Shown here: piece by piece, positions 1 through 13,365 of the stretch
Numbering within the stretch: the first letter of the stretch is position 1
Layout of the letters: each line of letters starts with the position of its first letter
Origin: Octopus vulgaris
Lineage: Eukaryota
Assembly (NCBI GenBank): GCA_951406725.2
Contig: OX597816.1
Span: forward strand, 164,610,001 to 164,674,000
Length of the DNA stretch: 64,000 nucleotides
Reading direction: 5' to 3'
The notes under the pieces: model-generated
What the model was told of the DNA's origin: nothing
Databases searched by the model: none
The model's input: the letters and a program-made list of their open reading frames with translations, nothing else
Program-made: the position numbers and the translations under genes

Positions 1-205
1 TTTGGCGCAAGGCCAGCAATTTTGGGGGTGGAGGTAAGTCAAGTACTTTGACCCCTGTGCTCAACTGGTACTTATTTCATTGACCTCAAAAGCATGAAAG
101 GCTAAGTTGACCCCAACAGAATTTGAACACTGAATGCAAAGATGGACAAAATGCTGCTAAGCATTTCATCCAGTGTGGTAATGATTCTCCCAGCTCACCA
201 CCTGT
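1..205 (-). mobile_element. SINE family B copy (diverged)
   Basis: Reverse complement matches the family-B consensus seen many times in the window (GGCGAGCTGGCAGAATCGTTAGC...GCCTTTCATCCTTTCGGGGTCGATAAA.TAAGTACCAGTT). Confidence 0.75.
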
Positions 206-2599
206 ATAATTAATAAATAATTAAATATAACGATGTTCTTTGGAATTGGTAAAGTTGCACACACACACACAAAATAAAAGTCAGCAAAAAAAAAAAAAAA
301 CACTCAAAATCTGAGCACAGAGAGAAAATTTTCAAGAACCCCCCATGTCTATAATTTCAACTACAATAATTAAACTAAATAAAGCTAATTAAGAGTAATT
401 GTACACCAGGGGATAATGGAAAATAGCTATTATCTTTTATGGGGTGCATGGGGTGTGAGTAAGGCAGACCTCTGACAGGGAACACATGGTGCTCTTTGGA
501 GTAGTTTGGTAGTTTGTCTGCTTTGGTCATCACCTGACACACAGTTTGTCTCCCTATGCATGTGAAGACTGGGCCCAAAAGACTGCGCAGAGGAAACCCT
601 AGATAATCATCTTAAATCTAGAATTATTTTGAGGATGAAAATGAAGGTATGGCTGATATGAAGAAAAAACTGGGTTCAAATCTGACAGTCAATTGGGAGC
701 AAAATTCATTTAATATTTATTTAATTTAAATTTTAAATTTCAAATTCATAAACCAAAAAAAAAAAACTGAGATGGTGATTTTCATAAAAAGCAAATTGGC
801 AATAAAAAAAAGACCCTGAAGTGGTGTTTTTTTTAATGCTTTTTATAAAAACTGATAATTCTTTGAACTGGAAAAATGGAAATATGAATTTGGTATTTTG
901 AAATTAAATCAAAATTTTTTTTTTAAATCAAATTTTTATCAGAAGTTAATTTAATTTGGATTTACAGTTTTTAAATTAATATTTTATCTCCTTGTAATTT
1001 AATTCAAATCTGTATTGTAATTTCACTTTAAAAAAATGACTTTTGATTTGAATTTTTATTTATTTTTTTTCTGTTGGTCATAATTTAAATTCATGAAAAT
1101 TCTCTCAATTTTATAAATTTGAAATTTCAAACAGGAAAATTAAAATACTGAGAAGAATTTTTGATCCAAACCACAAAACTGGCCAGCAGCAGCACCACCA
1201 ACACAACTAACGACACCTAGTGTCAAACAAGAGAAATAAATGCACCAGTGCACTATTACTTGTGCATCAGCTGCAAGTGGCAACAATCCTAAGCAAATAA
1301 AAATTCTGGTTTTTCATGAATCTATTCCTACAGATTCTTTTTCATGAATCTACTAATTCTTCCACAGGCACAACAAGAACTTTTAAAGGAGAGGATATTT
1401 AATTAACACCAAAAACATCACAAGACTTGTTTAAATAAACCCCAGAAGGTTAAAAATCAAAAGCTGACCTCAGTAGGACTTGAACCTAGAACCTTGAAAC
1501 AAAAACTTAAATCCTGGTATAAGGCATACATCTAGTCCAGATGCACCACAGTCACTACTTTGGTTTAGATACTTTCACAAGACAGACTTTAAAAGTGAGG
1601 AAGAACCATTAACAAAGTCTATGACTTTCTTCGATATACTATGGGGACAATATTATAAATGTGTGTGTGTATGTGTGTGTGATTTGAGCAAATGAAATAT
1701 AAGTTAATAGCTGCTATTTCCTTCACAGCCTTCATCGTTTGCCCTTACAACCTATCTTATGTAAAAACTAATGTCACTTAAAACTTATTGATTAAATTAC
1801 AATGTGGGGGTTAGGGGTAAGTTTTAGGATCTTGTATTGAACAACTTTCGTTTTTTTGTTTTGTGATGGAGAATGGGCAGATGAAAACATAAAAAAAAAG
1901 CACAGAAGAGGGCTCCAGGTTTACCATTAACCAGAGGATGTGGTCCCTATTAGATACTTATTTCCTATATATTTCTAGTTTAGTATGTATACATATATAA
2001 TAGTGGATGTGTATGTATATATATATATATAAAAATTAGAAAACACCACCTTTTATCAATTCAATTTGTGAAATTTGATTTAGTATTTCTAAATTGAATT
2101 TTTCCCTGTAAGTTTGGAATAATATTCCCTCAAATTATTATTATTATATATATATTATATATAGATATATATGCATGCCTGTTTAAGATGAATGCAAATA
2201 ACAGATATTTTAATATAATTCATTCTTTATAGAAATAGTTGGAGGGCAGATAAAATACATACAAATACACACACACTTTCTTTCTCTTACACACACACAC
2301 ACTCTACTTCAAATATTAGTCTTTCATTTTTTAAAGTGCATGCTCTGATTATAAATACCAGCAGTTACCACTCATAAATTTTCCATGAGGTATGGGGGCC
2401 TCAAGGGACAGCTATTCTCAAACATCACAAGGAAAACGAAAACAAAGGTTTTAGTTTCTAGGCCCTGGCTGAAGAGAAAGAGAGAGAAAGAACTTGGTAA
2501 ATAAGATATAGCTGCTTATAATAAATTGAATGATTATGTGTGTGTGTGTGTGTTGATGTAAACGGAAAGTAAAACTCAAAATAGAATTGGGTGTGCATT

Positions 2600-3778
2600 C
2601 TTTTATTCTTCTACTCGTTTCAGTCATTTGACTGCAGCCATACTGGAGCACCACCTTTAGTCGAACAAATTGATCCCAGGACTTATTCTTTATAAGCCTA
2701 GTACTTATTCTGGCAGAGGTAAAAACAATCTTTGGGATTTTTTTTTTTTATTTTTCTTTTACAGGAACCCACTATATCAAGTGCAGAGATTCCGAATCTG
2801 CAAAAAAATTTGCATTTCAAAATTTATCCCCCACCCCAACAAATTTCTTAAATTTTCACTTTTTTAAAAGTTTTTTTTTTTGGCGAAACACAGAAAAATA
2901 CGGAGATTATGATTCAGAAGGAAAAAAAAAAATTCTGTAAAATTTCAATTTTTCAAAAAAAAAAAAAAAATAAAGACCCCTTCCCCTCCGTTCTATGACA
3001 AGAAGTGAAATTTAAGTATTTTCCCAACGATTGTTTCATGATGAACATACCCAACATGTTGTGGTCAGGGTCTTTTGGAATTAAGAGATTTTGTAAAAAT
3101 TAGACTTTTTGCTCACACACATGCAACAAAATGACATTTAAAATAATTTTTTTTTGTAATTCGTATTTAGAAAGTTGATCCTCGGTTTCACTGTTGTTTC
3201 TAACTTGTCAGATTTCCGGTTGGGGAGGATTTAAATTTTGAAAATTTTTCTTTGGTAATTCATATTAAAATTTTGAAAACATGTTTCTAGCATGTCAGGT
3301 TTTCTGCTTAGATACTTTTTGCGTCTGCTATTTTATAATTCAATGCATGTGTGAAACATTAGTAGAGAAAACACTTTAATTTCACTTCTTGGCAGAGGGG
3401 AGGGTGTGGGTTCATCTACTTTTTTTTTTTTTTGAAAAACTGAATTTTACAAAATTTTTATTTTCCAAAATCATAATCTCCGTATTTTTCTGTGTATTTT
3501 GCCAGAAAAAAATTTTTAAAGTGAAAATTTAAGAAACTTGGGTGGTGGTGTATGGAATTAATATTTTAAAATGTAGATTTTTTTTCAGATTCGGAATCTC
3601 TGCATTTGACATAGTGGGGTTCCTGTAGAAAAGGAAAAAAAAAAAAAAATTTCCCAAGGGGGGTGCGGTACATTGCTGTTACCTCCACCCTCATTCTATT
3701 GGTCCCTTTTGCTGAACCGCTAAGTGACAGGGACATAAACACACTAACATCAGTTGTCAAGTGATAGTTGGGGGACAA

Positions 3779-3810
<32 letters not shown>

Positions 3811-3975
3811 GTGATAGGCTTCTTTCAGTTTCCGTCTACCGAATCCACTCACAAGGCTTTAGTCAGCCCGAGGCTATAGTAGAAGACACCTGTCCAAGGT
3901 GCCACGCAGTGGGACTGAACCCAGAACCATGTGGTTGGGAAGCAAGCTTCTTACCACACTGCCACTCCTGCACCT
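2600..3975 (-). mobile_element. SINE family A copy split by a foldback DNA element
   Basis: The 3' part (2600-2710) and the remainder (3693-3975) join into a contiguous family-A consensus once 2711-3692 is removed. Confidence 0.85.
2711..3692. mobile_element. Non-autonomous foldback DNA transposon with ~310-330 bp TIRs and a 4-bp TSD (ATTC); Sola-like
   Basis: 2711-~3025 is an imperfect reverse complement of ~3365-3692 (e.g. gtgcagagattccgaatctg / cagattcggaatctctgcat; cagaaaaatacggagattatga / tcataatctccgtatttttctg). ATTC is duplicated at 2707-2710 and 3693-3696. The right terminus reads GAG inward. The Sola assignment is inferred from the TSD and terminus. Confidence 0.8.
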
Positions 3976-3983
3976 ATGTATGT

Positions 3984-4032
<49 letters not shown>

Positions 4033-4865
4033 ACCAAAAGATTATCTATTTAAAAAGCAAAGTAAAGTAAGAATAAAAATTTTTTTTCAAAAAATATTAT
4101 TTGTGTGGGAATAAATGTTATTTTTACATAATAGTGGTTGTGGTGGTGCAAAGTTTGCAGCCCACCCTGATGAGAAGAAGAGAGCCATATTCAGGTGTGA
4201 GAAGTGTTCCCAATTTGTGGTAACCACACCCAAGTTAAGGTTTTATAAGTGCATACATTTATGGCAATTATATGCTCACACCCACATGTGTGGGAATATA
4301 TATGTGCATATATGTATGTATACATACATGTTTGCATATACATATAATGCATATAAATAAGATACATACATACATATATATATATTTCTGTGTAAGTTTA
4401 GATGAGTATATTATCCAGGTGGATACTGTAGTAGCTCTCAGTTATGTTCCAGGTTATGGCTAACTACATTGTTTAATTGACTAGTAAAATAAAAGGAAAC
4501 AAATTCTGAGGAGGTACCAGTCTCCATATTTTCTATCATAATAATTATTGCATACATACATATATCATCATCGTTGTTTAACGTCCACTTTCCATGCTGG
4601 CATGGGTCTTTTATTTGCTTCAGTCATTGGAGTGCAGTCATGTTGGAGTACCACACTGAAGGCATTGGTAAAAAAAAATTGACCCGAGACCTTATTTTAA
4701 AAAATCCTATTGGTCACTTTTGCCAAACCACCAAGTCGTTTTAATGTGTATTTTTTAATGTATATTACTTAATATAGAAATTTTTTAGTAAAATGTTAAT
4801 AATAATATATCTAAATTTATATATCTTTCAGTATTAATTGAATTACTTTATGGTGGTTCTATCTC

Positions 4866-4929
<64 letters not shown>

Positions 4930-5313
4930 TCGCCTGCATAGCTCGGTAGAGCATCAGACTTTTATGATATATATATATAATTTTATACAAGGCAAACAAG
5001 TGTAAAGGAAATTTTGCTACACAAATTGAAAGCTTGCCAAAAGCCATATCATTTAACAGAATATTGTTTGTCGGTTTGAATTATCTCAAGTATTTGGACA
5101 CAAGCACAATACCTAATACACACATTTTATAAATATATGAGTTTATGTTTTGTAAATACACACACATTCTAATATATGTTAATATTTATTATATAAAAAC
5201 AAAATAAATTCCAATTCCTCATCTAGATATGCAGTATATATGGGCAACACACATAAATATGTTCACATAACTACATGAATGTATATATCTGTGCATGTGT
5301 ATATGTGTATTGT

Positions 5314-5372
<59 letters not shown>

Positions 5373-5406
5373 TTTGTGTATGTATATATTATACACACAC
5401 ACACAC

Positions 5407-5456
<50 letters not shown>

Positions 5457-6406
5457 ATGAATTATATTTAAGTTGTACTATCATAAACTTGACTGTAAGT
5501 GGGGCTTGACATAGATAAAGTTAAAATTATTAAGGGAAAAATTTTGTTCCACAATTCAACACTAAATTAAGTGTGCAAGTATGTGTGTGCATGCATATAC
5601 ATACATATATATATATATATATATACATACATACATACATATATATATATATATGGTAGGGGTGATTCAAAAACAATGTAGAATATTTAGTATCACAACT
5701 ATATTAGTAACAAACTCTAAAAGGAATTTAGAATTAAACCTACTTGATTTTTTAAATGAAATAATGTAAAATATTCTTCCTATTAAATATACAAACATTT
5801 TTTTTTTTTGTACTACTGGCTCTCAACATTTTTACCTGAAGGTGGAGCTGGCCCCACCAGCAATCAAATAAATACTTTGGAAAATAACATATACCTTAAC
5901 AACATGCAAAGAAAGATCGTGAATTTGAAGGTCATATTTGGCCCAGCACATCCCTCCACCACCCCCTCTCTTCAGGTGACCCAGTTAATTTAAATAGGAT
6001 TCGTTTATTTATTTATTTGTTTTTACCTGGAATACCTGTAAAATGTGTCACAAAGACAGAAACGACACTGCTGGTCATTTAATAGGTAGACCTGCAAGGT
6101 AGATAGGTAGGTGCAGTAGATGAATTACATGGAGAGTTATATATGTATGTGCATGTATATACAAGTACGCACATGTACATACATAAGTATATATACATAT
6201 ATGCACAATACATACAAGTATGCAAATATGTAATAAATATTACATATGTATTTAGGCATATATACATGCATATACATATATATATATATATACTTAATCA
6301 TATCAAAGGGAATTTTTGTGGTTATAGAACCTAGCTGTTCTTTCTAGCATGTTGAATCCCACAAGTGGATTCCTTATGTGTTTAAACGTACACTGTATGT
6401 TATGAC

Positions 6407-6442
<36 letters not shown>

Positions 6443-6924
6443 TATATATATATACACATATATATGTATCTGATGATGACGATATATGTGTGTATATATA
6501 TACATATATATATATCTCATATATACATATATATATATGTGTGTGTGTGTTTATTTTTATGTTCAGTTATAATAAAAACAATACAACATTCATCTGATGG
6601 GTTTCTCTATACTTTTGTAGAGAACAAATTCATTATTCCTTAACAAGAATAGTTAAGGAATTGAGAGTGACTTTGAAGCTTCGGCCAGCTAAGCCACAAT
6701 CAGAGGTGCGTATGCCAGAATGTCTATCCACTCACACACAAATATTTACACTAATGAACCATTTTCTCCTGACTGTATGTTACACAAGATTGTTTAAATA
6801 CCGCCAGCTGCTCATCGACCTCAGAAGTGAACTGCTCTCAGTTATTGGTATAGGATTGTACTTTTGTCTTTCACTGTATTACACACCAACAAGGAATTAT
6901 AGGAACAGCAACACTTGTTAGTTA

Positions 6925-7350
6925 GCTAGACAGACACAGATAGATGGCTATATAGATAGATAGACAAATAGATAGATAGACAGACATAGATAGGTGGCTA
7001 AATAGATAGACACAGATAGGTGGCTAAATAGATAGATAGACACAGATAGGTGACTAAACAGATAGACACATAGCAGGCTAAATAGGTAGATAGACAGCTA
7101 AGTAGATAGACAGCTGAATAGATAGACAGCTAAGTAGATAGACAGCTAGGTAGACACATAAATAGATGGCTAAGTAGATAGACAGATACACAGACAGATG
7201 GCTAAGGAGATAGACGATAGATGGCTAAGTTGATAGATACACACACTGATATATAGCTAAGTAAATAGATACTGAGAGAAATGGCTAAATAGACAGATAG
7301 ATGAATAAAGCTAGCTAGCGAGCTAGACAGATAGATATACAGATAGACTA
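6925..7350. repeat. Degenerate (GATA/GACA)n tandem repeat with recurring GCTAA interruptions
   Basis: Directly visible: agatagatagacagacatagataggtggctaaatagatagacac... Confidence 0.9.
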
Positions 7351-8159
7351 CTAAAGCAACTAAACGTGGTTTAACTACTTTAAACTTTTTTTTTTAATAG
7401 TTTCTACATCGTAAACTGATAATAACAACATAGATAACAATAAGCCTACATGGCTTTTTCTAAATACAAAAGGGACTTGCAGCTATCACAGATACAACTA
7501 CAGCTATCATTATTCCTACTATGTAGCAACGATCTTTGTGTGTGTCAGCCGATGTATTTGACACAGTTCCTGTAGTTCATTTAAGTTAACTATTATAGTA
7601 ACCACTGTTAGAAGTCTATAAACAAGCATTACGATTATTTACTTCTGTTGTGTCTGGGGGTTAATATTATTAACTTGTAGGGTTTTTAAATCGCAAGCAA
7701 ACCAAAAAAAAAAAAAACCAGCCATTACCCAAGACAATCAGAAGTAGGAGGGAAATACAATTTCTTGTGACTAGGCAGGTATAAGGTCAGGTTTATGTGC
7801 GTGTGCGTGTGTGTGTGAATGGGGCAATAACAATAAGTGTAAGGGGTCTTTTAATAAACAAAATGAATGGAACGGAAAAAACTTGAAGTGAAAATAAACC
7901 AGACCGTGTTTTAAAAAAAAAAACGGTCAAATACCGAATAACCTCGAGTTATAGAATATCATTTCGGCCAGATGTACAATAAAGCGCCGGCTTAGGACCG
8001 CATCCCCGCTTCTTATTCCAATACGTTCACCAAAAAAGATGAGTAGGATTCCAGAGAATGGATCTTGTGAGGGTTTTCGCAAGCGTATAAGATGGATTCA
8101 ACCATTGTTTAAAAAAATAGGTTGGTGATTGGGAAGTGAAATTTTAATTATTTCACTAG

Positions 8160-8738
8160 TCACCTCTTCTTTTTAATTTGTTTGTTCATTTTTTTCTTTT
8201 TTTCTATCATTTCAAACATAACATCCATTGCTTCGACAAGTCCCTCGCCGGTCACAGCACACGCTGGCTGAACGTGCCATAGTAAACCCGGGGAAGCTTC
8301 GTTTAAGGTTAAAAATTTCTCTATCTCTTCCGGACTCATCGACGCCGGCAAGTCCTGTTTGTTAGCTATAATCAACACGGGTAGACTGTGGCCTTCCAGG
8401 CTACGTAGTAGCCGTAGTAACTCTACCCGGGCCTCTTCTAGTTTTTCTCGGTTTACGCTGTCCACAACGAACACAATACCGTCAGCAGAACGGGTGTAAG
8501 ATTTCCATAAGGGTCGGGTTTTGTCCCGACCTCCCACATCCCAGATGCAGAAAGTAGCACCCTTTGCTTTACCAGTTTTAACACGAATCTTTTCGTAATT
8601 AAACCCTATTGTTGGTACGGGGTTCGTGTACTGGTCAAACTTAAGCCGATACAAGACAGTAGTCTTGCCTGCAGAGTCTAATCCCAACATAGCAAGTTGA
8701 ACAGAGGGACCATCAAGAAGCGATATATGTCCCCCCAT
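8160..8738 (-). CDS. ARL4: ADP-ribosylation factor-like protein 4 family small GTPase (ARL4A/C/D-like), 192 aa, uninterrupted CDS
   Basis: ATG at 8738 gives MGGHIS (MGxxxS myristoylation motif). G1 GLDSAGKTT, G2 PTIGFN, G3 WDVGG(R), RPLWKSYTR typical of ARL4, G4 NKQD, G5 ACA, and a basic C-terminal tail KKKKMNKQIKKKR typical of ARL4. The 22 extra upstream codons in the ORF track start at a non-ATG codon and are unlikely to be translated. Confidence 0.93.
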   Translation of the reverse strand: MGGHISLLDGPSVQLAMLGLDSAGKTTVLYRLKFDQYTNPVPTIGFNYEKIRVKTGKAKGATFCIWDVGGRDKTRPLWKSYTRSADGIVFVVDSVNREKLEEARVELLRLLRSLEGHSLPVLIIANKQDLPASMSPEEIEKFLTLNEASPGLLWHVQPACAVTGEGLVEAMDVMFEMIEKKKKMNKQIKKKR

Positions 8739-8888
8739 AATTATTTGGTTAGTATTAATAATATAAATAAATGGTTTTGATTTGGTTTTTACCCTGTTTA
8801 ACAAAACAAAAAACTGTTTCCACGAAGTTTCTTTTCTTTAATACTGCTGGGCTGTCTGTTGGTTGCTGATATTTTTGGTTAATATTTC

Positions 8889-8905
8889 CTGAGGTAGAGA
8901 AAAAT
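8889..8905 (-). promoter_or_regulatory. Candidate 3' splice acceptor 150 nt upstream of the ARL4 start (possible 5'UTR intron)
   Basis: Minus strand reads TTTTTCTCTACCTCAG|GAAAT: a polypyrimidine tract followed by CAG|G. Motif only; no transcript evidence. Confidence 0.3.
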
Positions 8906-11305
8906 CACAGCAATATCGATAAAATTTTCCAATAATAGAAATACGAAACCAATTCTTAATTTCAAACGCGAACCAGTTTTTAACCTTCTTGAGTAAGATT
9001 TTTTTTTATCAAATCCAAAACGAATAAAATGAAATTTAAATAATTATTCCAGTGAACATTATAATTCTTCCTTTTCTTGGTGTGTTTGGGTTGTTTAATA
9101 CACTGTTTTTTTTTTCCAGGCCGTTTTAAATTAAATTAATTCTTTAAATATTTCAGACAGAACCCGGGATAATTTCTATAATTTTTTAAAAGCCTTATTT
9201 AATCCGATAGTTAATAGCAGCAGTTATTGTTGTTTCCTGAAACACTGCAATCAACTCAGTTGTTGTTTTTCCCTTTTAATTAATTAATTAATTGACTTGG
9301 CCGATACCGGCAACTGGCAATATTTCAATTTCGATAATTAATAATTCTTTTAGATTTTCTTTGGGTCAATTTGAATAAAAACATATTTTTGTAATCGCTC
9401 CAAACCTGTAAACGTGTTTGCCGTATTTTAATATTTAAAGCATCATTCAGAAACTAAATACAATTGAATTGCTTTATAAAAGGAATATTTTCGAGAAGCT
9501 TTCTTTTTGTATTCCTTCCAATCAGAAAAACCACTCGACTTAGCATATTCTCCAGGTTTAATTACAAGTAATCTTCTGGAACATCTTGCCATCTCAGGAT
9601 TGGTAAGAAGATCCAAGGAAAAGTCAGGTAGAAGCGAGGAAGACTGTGAGGTATCACTCGGTGAAAGAAAGAAAAGGTCTCTGGATTCTAGAAATTCTAT
9701 CTTTTTAGAATAAAGTCAATTATTACGGAGGAATTCTCAGTCTATCTTAGAGTTATATAAAATGTAGCGCCGCAATGTAGCGACATCCGAGTCTGGGATT
9801 AATAGTAATATATGCAGATATCCCAATGTAAGTTCAACTGCTAAGATTAGGTAATCCGAATTATTCTTCTATTATTTTTTCTTCCATTCCAAAAGCTAGG
9901 TTTTTCTTGAAAAAACGTTTTCTGATTCTAAGGAAGAGCAGTTTTAAAAACGACTAGGAACAAATTTTTCTTCTGGAAGTCATCGGAAGATATAATTTAA
10001 GTTTCCTTTTTTCTAAAATATTGAATAAACATTCCAGTCGCTGTTGATTTACTTTCAAATTTGTCATAAATATTCATTGCGAAGACTTTAAAGAGAATAC
10101 TGCTGGTGTAAATCTGCCAAGGCAACCGAACGTATTTATGTGAGTAGCAGAGTCTGGGGCAGAGTTTAATAGAAGGTAACGTTATAAAAGGTTGATTCAT
10201 TTAGGGGTTTTCCCCCCATATCCAGTTGATCAATAAAAGGGTAAACGGTGTCTGTCGAAGAACAGTAGAAATAGTAAGGGTAACAATAGTAAAATTAATC
10301 CAGGAATTTGATAAAAAAAGAAAGTGGAAGGCGACCACCGTATCTTACTATTCATAGATTTGTTGCTACACAAACCACTTTGGTTTTTAGGAATCGGAAA
10401 ATAATTTCACTGAATGTTTTTTGGTTGCTTTTTTTTATAGTTTTTATTCCTCACACTTTTGATATTTCCTCGTTATTCTTTCTAGCAAATTATAAATCCA
10501 TGGTTATTCGTTTTCGTTTTTTCATTTTATATATCTTTAAATAAGATATTCCAGTCTCAACGATTGCTTGAGTTGGTGACAGTTATACAACATGGAGACA
10601 CACACACATGGCTTGTTGAATGGTCGGCTAAACAATTTTCTCCTGCAGGACAGAGAAAGAGTAAATATATGTACATATATATATATATATATATTAAGTA
10701 TAACAGAGAATTTTTTACCTCATCACCCACCGCTCTCATGTACTCCTTACAAACACCAGTTTACTCATTCCATACACTTCACTTGTATGTTTCCTGTCTT
10801 AACAGTACTCAATCCACATAAGATCTCCGGATCCCATTCCGCTCTAATCTCACCACAAAATGTAAATGATTAACCCAACACCAAAAAGAAAGCTTCGGTT
10901 ATGATTTCTGAAACATAATTTCTTCGAAACGGTCTCATTCAGCTGTGTAAACCACACCGATTATATACAAAAACATTCACACACACACACACACACACAT
11001 ATTTGTGAAGGCGCATATATACACATATATTTATATATATGTATATATAAATGCATACACACACACAGACAGACACAAGCTTTTCCAATGAAGCAGTCCA
11101 CGTCTTTCTTAAAATATGAGTAATCAGATTTGCAGGTTTATCTTTTAGATTTTTGTCCGTTTGTTATGTTAAATCCATCTGTTGACAGGGTTTTTTTCAA
11201 TGTTGTAACGAATAATAATAATAACAATAATAATAACAATAATAATAATAATTAATTCTTTCATTAGCCAGAAGGGCTTACATAAAAAAAAAAAAAACAC
11301 CATGA

Positions 11306-11341
<36 letters not shown>

Positions 11342-12204
11342 TATACCAGGTGCATAATTAATCCAATAATTCAGTTGCATTTCTTAAATCAATTAAAAGA
11401 ACAACAACAATAAAATCAGAGCTAAAAAAGAAGGAATAAAGAAAAAAAAAAAAAGGCCGAAAACCAACCTAGTTGTAATCCGTAGAAAGCCTGAACAGGG
11501 CTTTTTTTTTTTTTTTTTAAGTTGCCGTAGTAGTAGTAGTAATAGTAGAAGTAGTCCGAGCCATTCTCGCACCTGTTCGAGTGCTTGTGCGTTCGTTAAA
11601 GCCAACAGTGACGACAGCACTGCTGCTGCTACTACTACTACTAATACTACTATTGTTGTTGTTGTTGTTGAAGTTGTTGCTCTCCTACAACTGTGTGACA
11701 TATAACGCACTAATCAAGGGCTTTATTATTTATTTATTTATTTATTTATTTTGTTTTTGTTGTTGTTATTTTTTTTTTTTACAGTGATGGAGGGGCGGGT
11801 TTGGAGAGAGAGAGAGAGAAAGGAAGATACAGAGAGAGAGGCAGAGGGGGGGGAGGGCTTGTGTCGAATCGCTGCTGCTGCTGCTGCTGCTGCTGTTGAT
11901 ACTACCCGTCACTGTGGTTACGACGACGACGAATGGCTAACAACTGTCGCAGATGTCGGCGGCGCCGTGGTCGCCGCCGTCGTCCTCGTCGTTGATAAGC
12001 GATCTCAGTGAAGCACTAAGCACTGTTCACTTCCTCCTGCTCCTCCTACCTTCTCTATGGCTTTTCTTATCAGAGGGGGAGAAGTGGAAAACGGGAAGGA
12101 GGAGGAGGAGGAGTTGAATATAATGTGACTTCCTTTGCTTAATATTAATTACCGTTCTCCCACCACGTCTTCGAGCTAGGCCGTTGTTATGCCAGCCGTT
12201 GCGT

Positions 12205-12727
12205 ATACACACACGCATACATACATACATATATATATACACATACATACATACATACATACATACATACACCCGCATACATACATACATATATATACAC
12301 ATACATACATACATACATACATACATACATACATACATACATACACACGCATACATACATATACACATACATACGCATACATACATATATATATACATAA
12401 AAACATACACACGCATACAAACATACATACATACATACACGCATGCATATACACATACACACGCATACATACATCATATACATACGCATACATACATATA
12501 CACATACAAATGCATACATATACACACACATACGCATACTTACATACATACATACGCATACATACACACGCATACATACATATACAGACACACACGCATG
12601 CACAAATACATACACATACACACATACATATACACATAGACACGCATCATACATCCGTACATATACACATACACACGCATACATACACATACATACACAC
12701 ACATACACATACATACATACGTATACA

Positions 12728-12760
<33 letters not shown>
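12205..12760. repeat. Compound (CATA)n/(CA)n microsatellite
   Basis: Directly visible; it produces several spurious ORFs. Confidence 0.95.
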
Positions 12761-13318
12761 CTTTTCTATTTTACTTGTTTCAGTTATTAAACTGTGGCCA
12801 TTCTGGGGCACCACCTTCGAGAAAATTTTGTCGGATGGATTGACACCAATACCCCAGACGAATTGACGCCAGTGCTCGATCGAGTATTTTTTTTTTGGCC
12901 GTACCGCTAAGTTATGAGGACATAAACATACAAGCACCGGTTGTCGAGCGATGGTTGTGTACCAAGGCCGGTCCAGGAATGTTTCGAAGGGAGGCCACAG
13001 GGAACACAATCTCAGGAGAAAAGGACGAAATAACATTACTTAGAAGAGCGCACTTCTTTTCTTGAGGGGCGGGTGCACTTGCCCCTCAGCCCACCACTGG
13101 GTCCGCCCGTGGGTACAAACACCGACCCAAAGATACACACACGCACACACATACACGACAGGCTTCTTTTCAGTTTCCGTCAACCAAATCCACTCACAAA
13201 GCTTTGGTCAGCCCAATGCTATTGTAGAAGACATTTGCCCAGGGTGCCACGCAGTGGAACAGAACCCAAAACCATGTGGTTGGGAAGCAAACTTCTTACC
13301 ACACAACCACGCCTGCGC
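12760..13318 (-). mobile_element. SINE family A copy containing a ~150-bp insertion
   Basis: Family-A tail (ttttacttgtttcagt) at 12768 and head at ~13315, interrupted at 12963-13111. Confidence 0.75.
12963..13111. mobile_element. Short MITE-like insertion with imperfect ~15-bp TIRs
   Basis: Ends are caaggccggtccag / ctgggtccgcccgtg, and the segment interrupts a SINE. The TSD is not clean (tgtac/ggtac). Confidence 0.45.
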
Positions 13319-13319
13319 A

Positions 13320-13364
<45 letters not shown>

Positions 13365-13365
<1 letters not shown>

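Noticed and set aside
3768-4070. Recurrent peptide EAIVEDTCPRCHAVGLNPEPCGW in many ORFs, suggestive of a Cys-rich gene family
   Set aside because: It is the antisense translation of the SINE A head.
8739-8804. N-terminal 22-aa extension of ARL4 in the ORF track
   Set aside because: It starts at a non-ATG codon and would mask the MGxxxS myristoylation site at 8738.
12027-12866. Long overlapping ORFs (147-225 aa) here and at 21347-22000, 24064-25037, 29845-30827, 32712-33228 and similar loci
   Set aside because: They are translations of CA/TA/CATA microsatellites ([12 protein letters not shown]) that lack stops by composition.
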